DNA of 64,000 nt, taken from NCBI RefSeq assembly GCF_009914755.1, contig NC_060934.1; one strand, 5' to 3'. Of this stretch, positions 60,901 through 64,000 are shown in pieces. The position numbers and the translations under genes are program-made. The stretch comes from the human T2T-CHM13v2.0 reference genome, Homo sapiens. How positions within the stretch are numbered: the first letter of the stretch is position 1; each line of letters opens with the position of its first letter. The notes below the pieces were generated by a model. It did not search any database, was not told the DNA's origin, and saw only the letters and a list, made by a program, of their open reading frames with translations.

Positions 60901-62524
60901 TTTTAAGGTTTCCATACATGTGATGATCTCTACATGCTATCAAGCAGGCATATAGTATTTTCTTCTCACCAAAAACTCTGTCTGTCCTGATGTTACCAGT
61001 CACAAGAAACCTTTTGTTATCATTACTCCCTCAAGATTCAATTCTTACTAGGAGTCCTGGGCAAACACAAAAGTGTCCTGGCAGTTACAACATTCTCTAT
61101 AAATGGAAAAGACCCCGCTATCTGAAAATAATGAAAGGCTCCATTTAAATTAATGTGGTTTTTTGGTCAAGTGTTCATTTTGTTTTGTAATAATGTAGTT
61201 CTGATCCAAATAGAGTTCTTGCTAGCTTTAAAAAGATCTCAAGAGATTATACACAGGGCAACAATTTAATTCTTAAATTTTTATTTCTTGCAATGACATT
61301 TAGGGTTCAGTGTGATTTGAGATTTTTAGTGCTGTTGCTGACACCTTATGGAAACTGTTTTATTTGGAAATTCTAATTAGATTTTTAAAACTGTTCTGCT
61401 CTTGTTTACAAAAAGCATTATTATAAAAAATGGATTTTTTGTTCCTTTAAGGTATTTTTCTGCTATTTATTCCTCACTTGACTTTATAATCCTGTTTGGG
61501 TCACTATGATTAGTTGCTATGGAAATTACCTCCTATGGAAATGATTCCAATGTCATTGTTGTAAGAATATGACATTTAATGAAAAATACCACTAGCAGAC
61601 ATCAACTCTTACTAGGAAAAGGAAATCTAATTAAAATTTTAAAAAAGAATTCTGAAAATTATTTACCATGGCCAACTTTTCTGATATTTTTGAATCTCTC
61701 ATCTTCTTTTTAAATAAGTATTAAATGAATTTTAAGGTGTTGATCAGCTACTCACTTCCCTAAATTCCAAAGTCACAATGGAAATTAGCACCACACACAG
61801 AAAATTGAATGTAAAGAGCATTTCATCTACCATTTCTCTAAACTAGTAAGTGTTATGCTTCATTTATGAAAGTTAATGTCAACAGTATTTCAGGGCTCAT
61901 CAAGGAAACAAGTTTGAATAGCACATTACAAATTCCCTTTAAAGATGAAGAATTTAATATTCTAAAATTTATCCCAGGAATTTAAAAGGTCAGGCCTATA
62001 AACTAGTGAGTTAAACAATAGATGAGAGCCAGTGAACCATTAGATGAGAATTCCAGAATGCTAAGAAAATTTTCTTGGGTGGATTCTATAATTTGTGGTT
62101 TGAATAAAACCTTTGAAACATTCCATTAGTATTAAAATTCTCACAATGAGAATATGGTTCATATTTAACACATTTTAAATTACTAGACAGTCTCTCCCCA
62201 AAAGAAATTTTAATGCTTTATTCTGCCTAGGGCTTATTCACTGCCTGGTACTAATTCAGGAATAAATTAACCCTTCCAACAATTAGGATATTGTCTAGAA
62301 ACTGCCTCTTGCACACTGCTGGAGAAATCACTTACATTCTGCAAATCAGGAGTAAAAGAGAAATCCACTTCTTCATTATAAAATGTTTTTCTATACCTAA
62401 TAGCTTATTAATTATTGGTATAAATCACTATATTTACCTATATAATTACACATTATTCTATAATGCCTCTGAATTAAGCTTCACAGTTATAGATTTTGTT
62501 AAATGTTTTATCATTAAGAGTTTT
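57840..62524 (-). other. RTKN2: 3' UTR of RTKN2 terminal exon (about 4.7 kb, AU-rich)
   Basis: Continues from the TAG stop at 62527-62525; no recognisable interspersed repeats until the poly(A) site. Confidence 0.7.
60110..60290 (+). repeat. Purine-rich tract ending in (GGAA)8
   Basis: Eight uninterrupted GGAA units at 60259-60290 preceded by degenerate GGAA/GGGA/GA repeats. Confidence 0.95.
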
Positions 62525-63060
62525 CTATACTTGTGCCTGCAGCCATGATCTAGGGTCCAGAATGTCTTTGATGGATTTCTGCCTTGGAGCTGGCACTGGC
62601 TTGGCTTCAAAATTGGTTTTAGTGTCTGTGTGCTCACCATCACTTAATCTATTTCTCCTGGCAGGCAGAAGTTTTCGAGGAGCAGCCATTGGTTTCTGTA
62701 AGTGATGCATTAGAGTTGATAGTTTGGTATCCAAAGACGATGTCTGAGATACACTTGTTTTTCCCCAGTTGTCCTTAACCAATTGATCTGTGTTACTCTG
62801 TGATTTTAAGCTGAATGGAAGTTTATCAGAAGGAGGAAGGGGAGCTTGTCTCTTTTTCCCTTTTTCATCATGTAATGGCTCACTTGCAGGATACAGTACC
62901 TTTTTCTGGATGACCATTTGATGGTTACCATCAAAGAGTGTGGCCCAAGGAGGTGGTAAGGATTCTTCATGCTGACCAATAAGGAACTGCCCATTTGTCT
63001 CTTCAATTTTTTTTTGTATTATATCCGTTAAACTTTCAAGTTTCATAGGTGAATCAATGC
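62525..63060 (-). CDS. RTKN2: Rhotekin-2, last coding exon (C-terminal about 177 aa)
   Basis: Open frame IDSPMKLESLTDIIQKKIEE...KPVPAPRQKSIKDILDPRSWLQAQV*; U-rich tract plus TAG acceptor at 63063-63061; the first 2 nt complete a split codon; C-terminus recognised as RTKN2 (paralogue RTKN ends WLQSPV). Confidence 0.9.
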
Positions 63061-64000
63061 CTATAATAATTTTAAGAAAAAAAAACATGAAAAAATTCAA
63101 AAGCAGTATGTACTTTATCTAAATAAGTTCTTTTCCAAACTAGTATGCTATATACAATGGTCATCAAAGACTATGATAAGGAAAACGTTCACTTGTAAAA
63201 ATAACCACACCATCAGAACTAAAAAGATCATGCGCTGCACTAATCATACATTATATATGTAAACATACACATAATACATAGTATATAAAACATATATAAC
63301 ATACATATAATTTACATAATACATACACATGTATAAATATATTCCTATATAAATTAGCAAAATCCATCTTTCAAAGAAGTGGAGTTATATGAGTTTTCTA
63401 AAAAATTCTACAGATTAAGTATTTATGAGATAACATTTCCTGGATTTAAAACCTTATTCTGACTGCTAGGTAAGAGATTTCCTTTTTTACAAAAGCTAGA
63501 TATATATTAGGATGACTGCATTTGGATGAGTATTCTTTCCTGTAGACCAGCAAAGTCTCTGTTAAAAGGGAAAATGCTTAAAACCAAAAACCCAGGAAAA
63601 CAGAGTAAAGCCCTCATACCACTTTGGTAATAAGGGTGGTGGGTGAAACTTTCCTTGGCAAAAATAAAAGAACAGAGATAAATCTCTATTAAATAAATTA
63701 CTGGTATTTTAAAATGTGTGAACCCAAATGTATCATTTTTAACCTGACATTTTAAAGTGAATGTAAGTACAGGTACATTAGTGGCAAATTAAACAGAATT
63801 TAGACTGACTTGCACTTGTTCACAACATTATTTACTGAGGCAACAGCACAAAAATAAACACCCTTCAAGGTGTGGGAAATTGAATATTAGTGGGTCTAGA
63901 AATTTAAAATTTTCCAAAGTATTAAACTTAACCAATTTCTTTTTTCTGGCTAGAGATGAAAGCTTCCATTCATTAGTATGCATCTATCAACACTACTTGG
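63061..64000 (-). other. RTKN2: Last intron of RTKN2 (3' part), with (TA/CA)n low-complexity patch at about 63245-63350
   Basis: Lies upstream of the acceptor TTTTTTTTTCTTAAAATTATTATAG|GC on the minus strand. Confidence 0.8.

Noticed and set aside
63061-63100. ORF-track start MNFFMFFFLKIII for the 191-aa ORF
   Set aside because: This is the intronic polypyrimidine tract; the exon begins after the AG, at 63060

Overview
Primate (human-like) genomic DNA, dominated by interspersed repeats: about 36 Alu pieces, L1PA/L1PB/L1M LINEs, MaLR/ERVL LTRs, hAT-Charlie and Tigger-type DNA transposons, MIR and L2. The only protein-coding sequence I can support is a minus-strand terminal exon at 62525-63060. 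I recognise its translation (ending ...DILDPRSWLQAQV*) as the C-terminus of rhotekin-2 (RTKN2), so the window is probably the ARID5B-RTKN2 interval on human 10q21.2 (from recall, not looked up). An ~4.7 kb 3' UTR with no recognisable interspersed repeats follows and ends at a well-formed poly(A) site near 57840. Nearly all other ORFs in the supplied track are Alu/L1/LTR read-throughs. I found no novel multi-gene system. The most unusual structures are: (1) a 47-bp-arm MIR-derived palindrome at 55254-55361 whose arms match each other much better than either matches MIR; (2) a 190-bp duplication at 23578-23767 of a three-way transposon junction, next to a micro-palindrome; (3) two inverted L1PA15/16-type copies that seem to share private variants; (4) a candidate distal alternative RTKN2 last exon using an L1PB-derived poly(A) signal; (5) two PxxxPR motifs of the CD2AP/CIN85 SH3-binding type in the RTKN2 tail. 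Repeat subfamily names come from recalled consensus sequences, and boundaries are approximate (about +/-20 bp, more for old elements).
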